Below are positions 63,984 through 64,000 of a stretch of 64,000 nt of DNA, piece after piece; within the stretch, counting starts at the first letter, position 1; each line of letters begins with the position of its first letter. The stretch spans positions 9,013 through 73,012 of the forward strand of contig DATKGN010000012.1 in NCBI GenBank assembly GCA_035510735.1. The letters run 5' to 3'. Under the pieces are notes generated by a model. That model saw only the letters and a list, made by a program, of their open reading frames with translations. It made no database searches and was not told where the DNA came from. The translations under genes and the position numbers were made by a program. The DNA is from Patescibacteria group bacterium. GTDB taxonomy: Bacteria; Patescibacteriota; Microgenomatia; UBA10105; UBA927.

Positions 63984-64000
63984 GTCACATTGGCCATTGA

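Noticed and set aside
1-64000. CRISPR arrays, restriction-modification genes, transposases and prophage structural genes
   Set aside because: No regularly spaced direct repeats with unique spacers, no methyltransferase or restriction endonuclease motifs, and no DDE or serine transposase motifs were seen. The only mobile-like sequences are the miniature hairpin repeats, which lack an associated transposase in this window.

Overview
The window is gene-dense at about 45% GC with an AT-rich accessory segment, and its gene content suggests a reduced Patescibacteria/CPR-like genome. That guess rests on short aminoacyl-tRNA synthetases, an archaeal-type UMP kinase, small membrane proteins resembling DUF5652/DUF5654, a DUF4012-like giant protein, a standalone 5'-3' exonuclease, an ATP-dependent DNA ligase and weak Shine-Dalgarno sites; it is inference only.

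Core content:
- yidC (3' end) and jag, then O-antigen ligase-like and flippase membrane proteins
- RNase H, a 923-aa DUF4012-like protein and rplY
- A NAD salvage regulon: nth, an NrtR-like regulator, pncB, pncA and nadE
- PPIases and a NPP/alkaline-phosphatase-family enzyme
- A translation cluster: EpmA-like, GNAT, YggS and EF-P
- valS, xerC/D, an ftsB-like gene, and further along ftsH and a 5'-3' exonuclease (one of the repeat-disrupted genes)
- A GT4 glycosyltransferase (the other repeat-disrupted gene), a standalone C39-like peptidase and an ABC ATPase-permease fusion
- Archaeal-type UMP kinase, recF, nnr, a Fic protein, ATP-dependent DNA ligase, tandem GT2 paralogs and a PHP/EndoQ-like protein

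RNA genes: an elongator tRNA-Met(CAT) at 25920-25991 (-) and a candidate SRP 4.5S RNA at about 25755-25860 (-).

Most unusual features:
- An AT-rich accessory array at about 26-33 kb holds five unrelated same-strand genes (MFS transporter, three unknown proteins, a sulfatase). A conserved ~35-nt element sits at every gene boundary, giving a cassette-array-like organisation next to tRNA-Met and a tyrosine recombinase.
- A family of short GC-rich hairpin repeats with TGTCATYC...GRAATGACA termini occurs at five or more loci, including an in-frame 126-bp insertion inside the 5'-3' exonuclease gene.
- A tryptophanyl-tRNA synthetase is fused to two N-terminal YbaK/ProX-like deacylase domains and a C-terminal tRNA-binding domain, beside a TrpB-like PLP enzyme and an Asp/Glu racemase.
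- A speH-like, ATP-grasp, GNAT and membrane-protein operon lies divergent from an XRE regulator.
- A promoter-to-terminator small-RNA candidate lies in a 500-nt structured, GC-rich intergenic region.

No CRISPR array, restriction-modification system or transposase was seen.
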